Origin: Scenedesmus sp. PABB004 | Lineage: Eukaryota | Length of the DNA stretch: 64,000 nucleotides | Assembly (NCBI GenBank): GCA_014905635.1 | Contig: JABVCE010000004.1 | Coordinates: forward strand, 1,426,001-1,490,000 | Direction of reading: 5' to 3' | In this document: positions 35,471-47,700 of the stretch, in pieces | Numbering within the stretch: position 1 is the stretch's first letter | How the letters are laid out: every line of letters begins with the position of its first letter | Notes under the pieces: model-generated | The model's input: the letters and a program-made list of their open reading frames with translations, nothing else | What the model was told of the DNA's origin: nothing | The model's database searches: none | Translations under genes and position numbers: made by a program

Positions 35471-37428
35471 ATGCAGGCCCTCGCGCGCAACCCGGCGATG
35501 CGGGCGTCCGGCCCCGCGCGCACGCGCAGCGTGTCCGTCAAGGTAGGGATGGCGCCGAGAGAGCCAATGCGCGCCGCGACGCGCGGGCGAGGGCCGGCAG
35601 CGGGGCGCGGGCGGCCATCGCGCGCCTCGGCGCGCGCGCGCCGCGCGCACGCGGGCCGGCGCCTCGCGTCGGCGCGCCCCTCTTGCTTTTCGGGGAGTTC
35701 CCGGGGCGTGGGCGCGCCAGCGCGCGGGCAGGCGCCGGTCAGCCGCAGGCGGCGGGCGCAGCGCCGCCCAGCGGCGATCAGGGCAGCCCTGACCGGCAGC
35801 GCCCGCGGCGGCGCGTGTGCAGGCGACGGCAGACAATGTTGCCAGCGCCAGGGCGTGGATCGCGGCCTGGAGGAACAAGCAGGTGCGCGCAGAGGGCAGC
35901 GGCAGCGCGGACGACCGCGCCGGCCAGCCCCGGCAGCGAGCACAGCGCCGCAGCTCGGCGCGCCGGCCAGCGGCTGCAGCAGCGTGCGCCTCCGGGTGGC
36001 GGGTCTCTCTCTCTCTTTTGTGCCCCCCGGCCGCCGCGGGGGCAGCGGCGGAGCCCACGCCGCTGCTCCCGCGCGCGCGCCGCGCGCCCTGGCCGGCTGC
36101 GGAGCGCGCGCGCCTGGCGGCAGCTGCAGCGGCGGAGGCGCGGCGGCGGCGTGCGCCTGCGCGGCCTCGCGCGCCCGGCGGCAGCGCGCGGCGCGGCGGC
36201 AGCAGCACGGCGGCGGGCGCGCGCGCACGGGCCGCCGCGGGCGCCGCCGCAGCGCGAGATCGCGCCGCGATCTCGCGCCGCGCCGCGGCCCACGCCGCGC
36301 CCGCGCGCGCCGCGCCCGCAGGCGTCGTCGTCCAGCCGCCCCAGCTGGTTCCCGGGCACCAAGTTCCCGGCCCACCTCGACGGCACGCTCCCGGGCGACC
36401 ACGGCTTCGACCCCCTGCGCCTCGGCGTGGACCCCGCGAAGCTCAAGTGGTGCGCGCCCGCGCCGCGCCCCGCCGGCGAGACCGCCGCCGCCCCCGCCGC
36501 GTCCGGCCGGGCGCCGCGCCGCACAGCGCGGTAGCCGCCGCCCGCGGCGCGCCCGACCGCCCGCCCCCGCGCGCGCCCATGCCGTGCCGCGCAGGTACCA
36601 GCAGGCGGAGCTGCAGAACGGCCGCTGGGCGATGCTGGGCGCGGCGGGCATCCTGGTGCCCGACCTCTTCCACGCCGTCGGCCTCGGCGGCCCCGCGGCG
36701 CAGGTGCCCTGGTTTGAGGCGGGCAAGTACGAGTACTTTGCGCCCCCCCAGGCGCTGTTCGCGTCGATGATGTTCCTCTTCGCCTTTGTGGAGTTCCGCA
36801 GGTGCGCGCGACAGATCGTGGCACGCCCGCGGCGCCGCACCAGCGGCGGCGGCGCGGCCGGGCGGGCGCGGCGGCGGCGTCACGGCAGCGGCGCGGCGCG
36901 GCGCGGCCGCCGAGCGCCGCCGAGCCCCGCGCCGGCCGGCCCCGCGCGCGCGCGCGCAGGCTGCAGGACATCCGCAAGCCGGGCAGCGTGAACCAGGACC
37001 CCTTCTTCTCCAACAACAAGCTCCCCGCGGGCGAGGTCGGCTACCCGGGCGGCATCTTTGACCCGCTCGGCTACAGCAAGGGCGACATGCAGACCCTCAA
37101 GCTCAAGGAGATCAAGAACGCCCGCCTCGCCATGCTCGGCTTCGCCGGCTTCGTCGCGCAGGCACGCGGCGCGCCGCGGCCCGCGCGCGCTGGGCGGCCG
37201 CGGCAGAGCGCGCGCGCCGCGGCGGCGGCGGACGCGCCGGCGCGCGCGCGCAGCGCCGAGCCTCGCGCCGAGCTCCGCGCTGAGCGCCGCGCTCGCCCGC
37301 GCGGCGCCCCGCGTGCCCGCGCGCAGTACCAGACGACCGGCAAGACGCCGCTCACCAACCTGGCCGACCACCTGGCCGACCCCTGGAGCACCACCGTGCT
37401 CTCCAACGACCTCGCCCGCCTGCACTGA
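35471..37428 (+). CDS. LHCA4: Photosystem I light-harvesting chlorophyll a/b protein, Chlamydomonas Lhca4 type; 6 exons
   Basis: [54 protein letters not shown]-terminal NDLARL. Confidence 0.9.
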
Positions 37429-37749
37429 GCGAGCGGCGGCCGTGCGAGCCCGCCGCGTGCTGCGAGAGAGCCCTGGCTGGCGCTGGGGGCGGGCAGCGCT
37501 GCGCGCCCGCCAAGGGCCCAAGTGTACAAGTAGCTAGGCGTTTGCCCCGCGGCAATCGTGTGCTGCCCGCTCTTGCCAGGGAGCGGCGAGGAGAGCGGTG
37601 TTCGCTGTGTGTCACGGCGTGGTGGTTAACCGAGCGTGTCCATCCGAGCCCGCGCTCGCACGCGCGCCGTCACGCTCCCCGCGGCCAGCAACACGCAGCC
37701 GCGCGCCCCGCCCCGCCCCGGCCCGCCCCGTCGCCGGCGCACGCGCGCG

Positions 37750-40308
37750 TCACGCCGTGGCGCCGAGCGTGACCTTGTGCACCATGGCCTCCTTCTGGAT
37801 CTGCTGCGTCGCCTTGTCCACGAGGCCGAGCAGCTTGCTGATATTGGCCGCCCACGCGTTGAGCGTGTCCTCCGCCGTCGCGCCGCGCCCGATCACGACC
37901 ACGCCCGCGGGGCGGTCGATCTTGGCGCACAGCGCCTTGGACACGACCAGCTCGCTCAGCTGCTTCTCAGCCTGCGCGCGCGGCGCGGCGCGGCGCGCGG
38001 GCGGCCGCGTGGGCTCGCCGCGCCGCGCGCGCTGCCCCGCGCCGCGCGGCCCCGCGCCCGCGCGGCCCCGCGCCCGCGCGCGCGCCTGGTCGGGCGTGAG
38101 GTCGAGCAGCTCCGCGAGGCGGCGCGTGGTGATGCGCGTGTAGTACTTGGCCACGGTGAGCACGTTGTGCTCCACGACGCGCAGCTTGAGGTCGGCCAGC
38201 CGCCGCGCGCCGGCCTCGCCGCCAAACACGTCGACCTCGGCCGCCACCTCGGCGCCGTACGACGCCTCAAAGTTGCCCCAGCGCACGATCTCGGGCGTCG
38301 CAAATGTCGCGAGCAGCGCCTTGTGCGTGGGCAGGTCGGAGAGCTGCTTGTACGCCGCCGTCGTCGCCGCGAGCGTCGCGGCGTCGCTCGCGGAGCCGTC
38401 GTCGGTGGAGTAGGTCGGCGCGAGCACCGCGTACCACACAATCTTCTTCAGCACCTGCGTGGCAGCAGCACCAGCAGCAGCAGCGCCAGCCCCGCGGCGG
38501 GGAGGGAGGGAGCGGGGCCGCGGCGAGCAGCACGCGGGCGTGCTCAGCGCGGCGGGGCGGCGGCGCGGGGCGCGCGCGCGCGTGCACGCGAAAGCGTTTT
38601 GTTGCGCCCCCCCCCCCCCCCCCCGCGCGCACCGGCTGCCACTGCGCGGGGTCGTCCTGCACGCCGTCGCTCTCGTAGATGGCCTTGTAGCAGCGGCAGA
38701 CCTCCAGGTATGCGTGGTAGTGCTGGTGGTACTGCACCATGAGGCTGTAGTACCGCAGCTTCAGCGCGGCCAGGCTCGGCACGCCCTGGCACCCGCGGCG
38801 GCGCACGGGGAGGCGGCGCGCGCGCGGCAGGCGGCGCGCGGGCGGGCAGGCGGCGCGCGCGCGGGCGCGGAGGGGTCAAAAGAGAGGGGAGGAGGGCGAG
38901 GGGGAGGGGGGGGGGGCTGGCGGCGCGCGCGGGCGGGCGGGGAGCGAGGGGTGCGCGGCGGCGGCGGTGCGCGCGCGCTCGCACCGCGTCGGCCTCCTCG
39001 ATGGCGGTGCCCTCGATGCCGATCTCGCCGCTGGTGTCGCCCTGCTGCTTGGCAAACGCGCGCGCGCTGATCTTGCGCGCGAGGATCTGGGCGCGGATGT
39101 AGTCCTTCTTGGCGAGGCAGAGCCGGACCTGTGGTCGGCCGCGCGCGCGGGCGGGCGCGTGAACGCCGCCGCCGCGCGGGGCCTGGCGCCGCGCGTGGGC
39201 GCCGCCGCGCGGGGCCCGCGCCGCGTGCGCGGGGCACTGCCCCCCCCCCCCCACACACACCTGCTCCAGGATGTAGGCGATTTTCTCGGTCTTGGCCATC
39301 GCGCCAAACGTCTCCTGCGCGCGCGGCACGCAGCGCGCAGCGGGCGCGCGGGGCGTCGGGCGGCGGCGGCGGCGGCGCCGCGCGCGAGAGGGAGAGGGAG
39401 GGGGCGGGGACGAGCGACGCGCGACGCGCGACGCGCGCGGGCGCCGCCGCCGCGCGCCGGGGCGGCGCGGGTCGCACCACCGCGACCTCCTGCAGGATGT
39501 CGGCCGCCTCGCCGATCTCGCCCTCCGCCTCCTTCATCGCCGCCAGCTTGCGCGTGAGGCGCGCGCGCTCGATCTCGACAAAGATCTGCACGGCCGGACG
39601 AGTCGGACGGCGGCGGTGACGGCCGGCGCCGCGGCGGGCGATGCGGCAGCGGTGGCGGCGGCGCGGCGCGGCGCGGCGCACCTTGCCCTCGGTGACGGTC
39701 TGCAGCGTCTTGATGAGCGACACCTGGCTCTCCTTGTCCGGCAGCGAGTCGATGTAGCCCATGGCCTGCCGCACAAACGACTGGATGACCTGCGGCGGCG
39801 CGGCGCGGCGCGGCGCGCGCGCCGGCGCGTCGGCGGGTCGGCGCCGGCGGGCCGGCGGGTCGGCGCGCCGCACGCGTCGGCGCCGCGCCTGCTTGAGCTG
39901 GCCGCGGCGCTTGGTGAGCAGCACGATGTGCTCCTCCAGCAGCTTCCAGTCCTTGGCCTGGTAGCAGACCTCCACGACCGCGCCGCACGCGGCCTTGGAC
40001 GCCGTCACGTCCTCCGCCACGCGCGCCGCCTTCTCCAGCACCAGCAGCGCGTCCAGCGCGCCCGTCACGTTGCCCTGCGGCGCGGCCGCGGCACGAGGGT
40101 CGGTCAGGCCACGGCGCGCGGCGGGCGCGGCGCGCGGGGGGGCGCAGCGCGCGGCGGGCGCGCGCGCCTGGGCGGCGAGCGCAGCGGCGGCCGCGACGTC
40201 GGCCTTGAACTTCTCCACGTCCAGCTGGCTGTTCTTCTGCTTGGTCTCCTCGTCCCGCTTGTCCTCATCCATGTGGATGTTGGACACGGTGAACTCGCCG
40301 ACCGACAT
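37750..40308 (-). CDS. RPN5: 26S proteasome lid subunit RPN5/PSMD12
   Basis: [62 protein letters not shown]. Confidence 0.96.
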
Positions 40309-40760
40309 GGCTGCTCGCGCCCGCGCGGGCGGCGGCGGCGCTGTTGCGGCGGTTGCGGCGCCGCGCGGCCGCGCCGGCGCCCGGGGTGCCGCTGCGCGGG
40401 CAGGGATCGGCGGATCACGCCACTCCCGGGATCACGCGGGCCCACGGCGCGCTGGCGGGCTGCTGCTGGCGCGATGAGGTGAGGGCGCGTGCAGATGGCG
40501 GGCCCTCGGCGCGCGGGCGGTCCTCCTCGGGAGGTTGCGGGCCCGCGGTGCAGGCGGGGTGTGCGTGACGTCGCCGCAACGGGCGGGCGGACGCGGGAAA
40601 GGCAGACTGCGAGGCGCCAGCCAAAAAACAATGACACTCCACCTGAGACGCCCCGCTGCCTGCGCCTCAACTGCATCAGCGCACCGCGTCAGCCACACAC
40701 GCGCGCCGCTCGCCGCGCCCGCGCGCCGCCTGCCACACAGCAGCAGGGGCGCGGCAGCAG

Positions 40761-42133
40761 ATGGCACTCCGCCACGCGCAGGGGCAGCTCCGGGCGGCCC
40801 CGGCGCGGGGAGGCATGCGCTGCGCCGGCGTGGCCCCGCAGCCGCTGGCACGGCGCCGTGCGGCGCTGCGCGTCGTCGCAGGTGCGCGGCGACCGCAGCG
40901 CTCGCTCGCCGCCACACGCGAGCGCCGCGCGGCGCCAATGGGCGCCCCGCCGCGCCGCCCCTGGGCCCCCGCCCGACCGCCACGCCGCCTGTCGCGCCGC
41001 CGGCGCGCGCGGGTCGTCCCAGGCGCGGCGACGGCGACGAAGCAGTTTGCCGAGGTCACGGTGCAGCTCGGCAAGACGTCGTTCAGCAGCCGCCGCCTCG
41101 ATGCGCGCGTGTCGATCGCCGCGCCGCCGGAGGTGGTGTGGGGCGCGCTCACGGACTACGACGCGCTGGGGAGCTTCATCCCCAGCCTCGTCGAGAACCG
41201 CTGCCTCGAGCGCCGCCCCGACGGCTGCCTGCTCTACCAGGCGCGCCGCCGCGCCGCAGCGCTGCGCGGGCGTGGCGCTGGTGAGCCGCCGCCGCCGCCG
41301 CCGCTGAGCCGCCGGCGCGCGCGCGCGCCCGCAGGTCGGCGCGCAGGACGTTGCCATGGGCGTCAAGTTCAGCGCCGCGTGCACGCTCGACATCCGGGAG
41401 TGGCCCGCCGGCATGCCCGACGCGCTCTGCACCGCCGGCAACGACCTCAAAGCCCTCTTCCCCCGCCCCGGCGCCGTCGGCGGCGACGGCGCCGACAGCG
41501 AGGGCGGCGAGGGCGACGGCCGCCGCGCGAGCAGCGGCAGCGGCGCGAGCAGCAGCGGCGGCGGTGGCAGCGGCAGCGGCAGCGACGCGGACAGCGCGCC
41601 GCCAGCGGGCGTGCGCGACATCAGCTTCACGCTGGTGGAGGGCGACTTTCAGGCGCGGCGCGCCGCACGGGCGGGCCGCGTGGCGCGGCCGGCGACGGGC
41701 CGGGCTGGCGCGGCGCCGCGCCCACGCGCCCACGCGCCCACGCGCCCACGCGCCCACGCGCCCACGCGCCCACGCGCCCACGCGCCGCGCCGCGCCTGCG
41801 CAGGCGTTCAAGGGCGTCTGGCGGCTGGCGCCGGGCGGCGACGGGGGCGGCGACGGGGGCGGCGGCACGCAGCTGTGGTACTCGCTGTACGTCAAGCCAC
41901 ACCCCTGGCTGCCGGTGGGGCTCATCCAGAACCGCATCAGTTCCGAGGTCGTGACCAACCTGCGCGCCGTGAGGCGCTACGCGGAGCGCCTGCACCGCCG
42001 CCAGCAGGGGGGCACGCCGGGCGCCGCCGCCGCCGCCGCCGGCGCGGAGAGCAGCTCGGACAGCGACAGCGACGAGCTGCCCGTCAGCGCCGGCGCGGGC
42101 GAGGGCGCGCGGCGGCCGCAGGCGGCGGCGTGA
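40761..42133 (+). CDS. START/SRPBCC (polyketide cyclase, COQ10-like) plastid protein
   Basis: VWGALTDYDALGSFIPSL, LYQ|VGAQ, ISFTLVEGDFQ|AFKGVW, PVGLIQNRI. Confidence 0.85.
41718..41784. repeat. Intronic 8-bp tandem repeat (GCGCCCAC), about 8 units
   Basis: Visible tandem units. Confidence 0.9.
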
Positions 42134-42449
42134 GCGCGGTGTGAGAGCGGATTCCTTTTTGGCCGCGCGCTCGCCGCCGTCGCCTCGATTGGGGCGGCGG
42201 CGCTCGGCGGAGTTGGCGGTAAATGAATTCGCGCCGCGGCGCTGGGAGGCGAGCGGGCACGTGTCGGCGACCGCAAAGCCCCGTCGTTGCTGTGCGCGAC
42301 AAGCGCCGCAGCGCCACAGACGGGCGAGGCGGCGGCTGCGGCGGGTGTTGGCGGCGACCGCGTGGTGGGGCGGCGTGCGCGTGCGGCGGAGCAGGAGCCA
42401 GTGGCGGCGCCCACCTCCTCCCGCCCTGGATCCGGGCAGCGAGGCCGAC

Positions 42450-43013
42450 ATGGCGCTCAAGCGCCACCTGGGTCACGAGACGGCAGCAGCCGGCGCGGCG
42501 CACGCGCAGGTGAGCGGGGAGGAGGTCGCATGGCGAGGGGCCTCGCGTTGTCCGCCCGCCGCGTCGCGAGGCGCGCCCCGAGCCGCCCCGGTGCCGCCCC
42601 CGACGCAGTGTGTGTTCGAGGACGCCCAGCCCGCGTTCAAGCGCCTGCGGCTGAGCAGCGACGAGGACGCGCCGACGGTGCGGCGCAGCCGCTGCTCCGG
42701 CGGAAACAGCGCGCGCCGGCGGCGCCGCCGGGCCTGGTTCGCGCGCCCTCCTGACCCTTGCCGGTCTCTCCTGATCCCCACCCGCGTCCGCGCGCAGGGG
42801 ACGCCGCTGCCAGACCAGCACGCAGACGCGGCGCACGCGCGCGGCGGCGGCGGCGGCGCTGCGGACGGCAAGGCGCCGCTGGGCGCGGGCGCGGGCTGCC
42901 AGTACCCGCTCAACGCGCTGCTCAAGGAGCTCCACCTTGAGCGCATGGCGCGGCGGGCAGCCACGGAGGCGGGGGCGGCAGCGGCGCAGCAGCACGAGCG
43001 CGCGCCGAGCTAG
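42450..43013 (+). CDS. Small hypothetical protein; 3 exons
   Basis: MALKRH..., FKRLRLS, YPLNALLKELHLER; GT-AG introns; TGTAA at 43314. Confidence 0.6.
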   Translation: MALKRHLGHETAAAGAAHAQVSGEEVAWRGASRCPPAASRGAPRAAPVPPPTQCVFEDAQPAFKRLRLSSDEDAPTVRRSRCSGGNSARRRRRRAWFARPPDPCRSLLIPTRVRAQGTPLPDQHADAAHARGGGGGAADGKAPLGAGAGCQYPLNALLKELHLERMARRAATEAGAAAAQQHERAPS

Positions 43014-43362
43014 CAGGCGGGGAGCAGCCAGCAGCGGGCGCCGAGCTGAGCGTGCGGCCCTCGAGGGCCAGTGCCGTGTGTCTGTCTGCTGCGGATCATC
43101 GCAGCAGGCGGCCCCCTGTGTATGATAGCCGCGCGGCGTCGCGTGTACCATCACCTCTCAAGCGGCGGCGTCGCGGTTCGCTTCCTGCGCGCGAGCCGTT
43201 CAACGGCGTCGAGCTGCAGCCCTAGCTAGCAAGGGAGGGGCGTGCGCGCAGGGAGTTTTTGCTCGTCCTAGGCCCAGCCTGCGTGCTTTGCGGCGACGGC
43301 ACCTCGTCGTCGCTGTAACCTCCCTCGACCTGCCGGGCCACGCGCGCTCACCCCGCCGCGCG

Positions 43363-44535
43363 TCACGCCGCGCCGCGGCCGCCGCCCGCGCCGGCCGGCC
43401 CCGGCGCCGCGGCGCCGCGGGGCTTGAACGTCGCGCAGTTGCGGCGGTACGCGGCGGCGCGGCGGGCCTCCTCCTCGAGCGCGTCGCGGCTGATGTCCCG
43501 GCTCGGCGCGATCGCGACCAGGCGCTGGTAGAGCGCGTGATTCTCGTGCGCGATGGTCACCGCCGCCTTGCGCCGGTTGACGGCCGAGCTCGACGCGGCG
43601 CACGGCGGCGGCGCGCGGCCGAGCCCGCGCGCCCAGCCGGGCTCCTGCGCGGCGCGGCGCGCGGCGCGAGCTCGCTCGCAGCCCCGCCCGCCGCAGCTTG
43701 CGCGGCGGCGGCGGCGGCGGCGGCGGCCAAGGCCTGCTGGCCAGCAGCCGCTGCTGGCGAGGCGCGCGCGCCTTACGGCTGATGGTGGTGATGCGCTGCA
43801 CCAGCAGCGCGTTGTCGTGCGCGATGGACCTCAGCTGGACCTTGCTGTGGCTGAAGTCGGCCCTCGCGTAGGGCTTGGCCTGCCGCGCGGTGGGCGTGGG
43901 GCGGCGGCGGGCGCGGGCGGGTGGGCGGACCCGCCCCGCGGCACCGGCCGCCGCCTGGCGCCGCCAGCGCCGCCAGCGCCTCGCACCACGGGCACGTAGG
44001 GCGGGCTCGAGAAGGACAGCTCGTGCCCGGCGTGCTGCGCGCCCGACGGCGAGCGCGGCGCCGAGGTGCGGCAGGCCGCGGCCGGCGGCGCCTGCGCGAC
44101 AGGTGGCACTGGCGCCGCGCCCCACTGCTCGGGCGCCGCCGGCGCCGCGCTGGTCGCGCTGGTCGCGCTGGTCGCGCTGGTCGCGCTGGTCGCGCTGGTC
44201 GCGCTGGTCGCGCTGGTCGCGCTGGTCGCGTCGGCCGCGGCGTCGCCCGGAGCTGCCGCCGCCTCCTCCCGCTGCTCTCCTTGGGGCTCCTGCTCTGCCA
44301 GCGGCTCCTGCGGCTCCCCGACCGCGGTGGTGTCGAGCGCCGCGCCGTCGTCCTGCGCAGCCGCCGGCTCGCCGGCGTCCTCCTCCTGCGCGCGCGTGAG
44401 CGCTCAGTCCTTTCGCGAAAGCGCGTTAGCCCCAGCGCGGTCGCCCCCGCTCGCCTGGTCGCGCGGTCCGCCGCGCAGCGGCGCGGCCTCCAGCGGCTCA
44501 GCCACGGCCGGGGGGGCCTCCAGCGGCTGCTCCAT
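43363..44535 (-). CDS. CFAP97/KIAA1430 (Hemingway)-like protein
   Basis: Two related motifs, SIAHDNALLVQRI and SSAVNRRK..IAHENHALYQRL. Confidence 0.7.
44146..44229 (-). repeat. Coding 9-bp repeat encoding about (ATS)9
   Basis: CGCGCTGGT tandem units in frame within CFAP97-like exon 2. Confidence 0.85.
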
Positions 44536-44752
44536 CGCGTCTCGCGAGCTGGGAGAGCTGGTCACAGCTTTGGCGAGCGCGCGGGCCGCACCAGAGCAGC
44601 AGGGCGTGAAGCTGGCGCGGTAGCTGAGCGGCGCGGCCAAGGCGGGCGGCGCCACAAGCTCGTGGGCGCACTGGTGGGGGTGGTTCTGGCGGACCGCACG
44701 CCGCGAGCGACGCCGCTGCGCCGCGCGCTGCAGCCCGGCTGTAGCAGCTGTT

Positions 44753-47700
44753 TCACGGGGCCGCGCGGCAGCTCGCGAGCGGCGTCGGCGCCGCCTCGCC
44801 GTGCGTGAACAGGCCCTCGAGCAGCGCCAGCGCGGCGTAGCTCTTGGGCCCGATCCAAAACACCTTGCCGCACCCGCCGCACTCGAAGAACTCGTCGACC
44901 ACCTCGAGCACGCGCACCGGCACGCGCGCCGCCGCGTCGCCGCGGGGGATGCGGTGGAACGCCGCGGCGTTGCACGCGGCGCAGCGCGACAGCGGGTCGG
45001 CCCGGTCGAAGCTGATGCCAAAGTGCGCGCTGACCTCGGCGAGCTGCTGCGCGGGGTTGTCGCTGCCGAGCAGGACCACGCTGCCGCCGACGTCGCGCCG
45101 TGCAGCGAGCTTGGCATCACGCGTGAGGAAGAGCCGCCCCTCCTCCGCCGCGGCGCGGACGAGCCCGGCGAGCGCCTGCGCGCCGCCCGCCTGCTGCAGC
45201 TCCGCCCGCTGCGCCTGCTGCGCCTCGTGCGCCTGCTGCGGTGCCCGCGCCTGCTGCGCCGCCTGCTGCGCGCGCTGCTGCTTCCTGTTTGGCGGCGTCA
45301 CGGCGCGCGCATCGACGCCGAGCGCTCGCAGCCAGCGACACAGCCGGCCGAGCATGCTGTCGACTAGGAAGCACAGCTGCTGCTGCGGGTGGTGGGGCGG
45401 CCGGCCGGCGGCGCCCGCGGTGCCAAGGTCCGGGCCCGGACGGCCAGGGGCGAGGCCTGCTCCCGCGGCGGCCGGCGGCGGCGCGCCCGCGACGTCGACC
45501 ACGCTGCCGCCGGACAGCAGCAGCAGCTGCTCAAAGGTGAGGACCACAACCGCGTCGCTGCCGCACTGCACGTACAGCTGCGCGTCGGTGGCGACGTCCG
45601 CCGCCGCTGCCGCCACCGCGCCGCGCGAGCCACGCGCGCTGCCCGCATCGGGGCTGGCGCCGCCGGCGCCGCCGCCGCTGGCTGCGGGCGGCTCGGGGCC
45701 GCACGGCGCCGCCGCCGCCGCCGCCTCGCGCAGGCGGGCGTCGACCAGCACACGCATGCTCGCGCCAAGGCCAAACGGCGGCACGCCTGCGCGTTGGGGG
45801 TGAGCGCAGCGCGCTGTGAGGCGCAAGAGCCCGCGCGGGCCTGCGCGCGTGCAGCTGCAGCTGCAGCCGCCGCAGCGTTACAAGCAGCCTCAGCGGGGCG
45901 CTCAGCGCCGGCAGGCGAGCGCGCTCACCTGTGGCAAAGCCAGTCAGATCCCACACCAGCGCGTCGGGCGCAATGCGCAGTGCCCTGCGCCGCACGCCCA
46001 GCAGCGCGGCGAGCTGCGGCGCACAGCGGCAGCACACCTGTCACCGGCCACGCGTGCGCCTCACACAAGCCGCAGCAGCAGCCGGCAGGCTGCCGCGGGC
46101 GCAGGGCGGCGCACGAGCCGCAGGCAAGCCGGTGCAGCGCTGCCAACGCACGCGGCGATCGCCGCGGGCGCGCCGCCCCTGCCACTGCCCGCAGCGCCGC
46201 CCCGGCTGCTGCCGGCGCTCGCGCTGGCGCCACCCGCGCTGGCGCCGGCCGGGCGCGCCTTGTGCAGGTCGAGCCGCTGGTCGCCGCGAGTCACCGCCAG
46301 CAGCGGCTCCTGGCCGACCAGCACCGCCATCGTCTTGGCGACGCGCGCGGGCGGCGCGGCCAGCGCGGCGGCGGTGGCGCGCACGCTCGCGGCGCGCGGC
46401 GGCCCGCCTGCGGCGCGCGGTGCGGCGCGGGGCGTGCTCAGACGGCATGCACAGACGGTCGGGAGCGGGGCCTGCTGCGCCCTCCTCACCCGCGGCTGGC
46501 GCCAGCCGGCGGTGCGCGCCCGCCAGGCCGTGCTGCTGCAGGAACGCGAGTACGCGCTCGGTGCCTGCGGCAGGACGGGGCGGGGCGCTCAGCGCCGGCC
46601 CGCTGCCATGGCCGCAGCAGGCGGCGAGCCAGCGCCCCACCTGGCGGCGCCTCGCAGCAGCTTGCTGCGGCCCCCGGTCCGCCGCTCGGCTCAGGCGCGC
46701 CGCCGCTGCCGCCGCCGCCACGGCCGCTGCCGCCCGCGGCAGCGCCGACGCCCAGCCCAGCGGCGACTGCCACCGCCGCCGCCGCATCCGCCGGCGCGCC
46801 GCCACTCGGCTGCTGCTCCTGCGGGGTGGCCCCACCGTCGCGTCCCGCGGGTGGTGCCTGCGGGGCGCTGTGAGTGAGGAGTGCACGCGCCGCCGCCGAC
46901 GACGCCGCAGCGGCGGCGTCTGCGCCTGCCAGCGCCGGTGCCGCTGCGGCGCGCTGTGCGCACCCGGCTGAACGTGCCGGTGTGCTGCTGCACGAGGCGC
47001 GCGCTGTCCGGCCCCAGCTCGGCGCGCAGCACGTCAAAACAGAGCGGCAAGACCAGCGCGTCCAGCGCGGCGTAGTGAAGCTGGCGCCGGCTCAGGGGGC
47101 GCGACGCCCAGTCGCTCAGCTGCTGGCTCTTGTCTGTGCGGAGCGCGTGAAAGAGAAAGTGTGAGAGAGCGCCGTCAGGCGGCTGCACCTCGCGCGGCCA
47201 GCGCGGCACGGCGGCGCGGCGCCGGGAGCCGCCGGGCGGCCGAGCTCACCCAGCGGCTTGCCCAGCAGCGTCTTGCACAGCGTCGACAGCCCGACGGCGG
47301 AGAGCAGCCGCACAGACCCTCCCTGCAGGGGGGGGGCATGCAGGCGGGCACGGTGGGCGCGCCCACGTGCGTGCGCGCGCGCCGCCGCGCCGCCCCAGGC
47401 GGCGCCCCCCGCGCGCGCACCTGGCGCCGCGCCGCGACGCCGTGCGCCACCCAGAGCGGCCGCAGGTCGAGCACGCCGGCGACGCGCCTGAACGCGGCGA
47501 CCTGCGGCCAGCTCGACGCGAGCTTGCCCAGGTCGCCGGCGAGCTCAAACCCGAGCTTCAGCACGGCGCCGTCGCCAAAGAGCGGGCCCAGCACGGCGTC
47601 CAGCGCGGGGGCGTGGTGCGGCGCGAGCGCGAGCAGGTCGAGCAGCACGGCGTGGCGCCGCGTCGCGAGCTGCAGGACCGCCGCCGGCGACGCCACGCCC

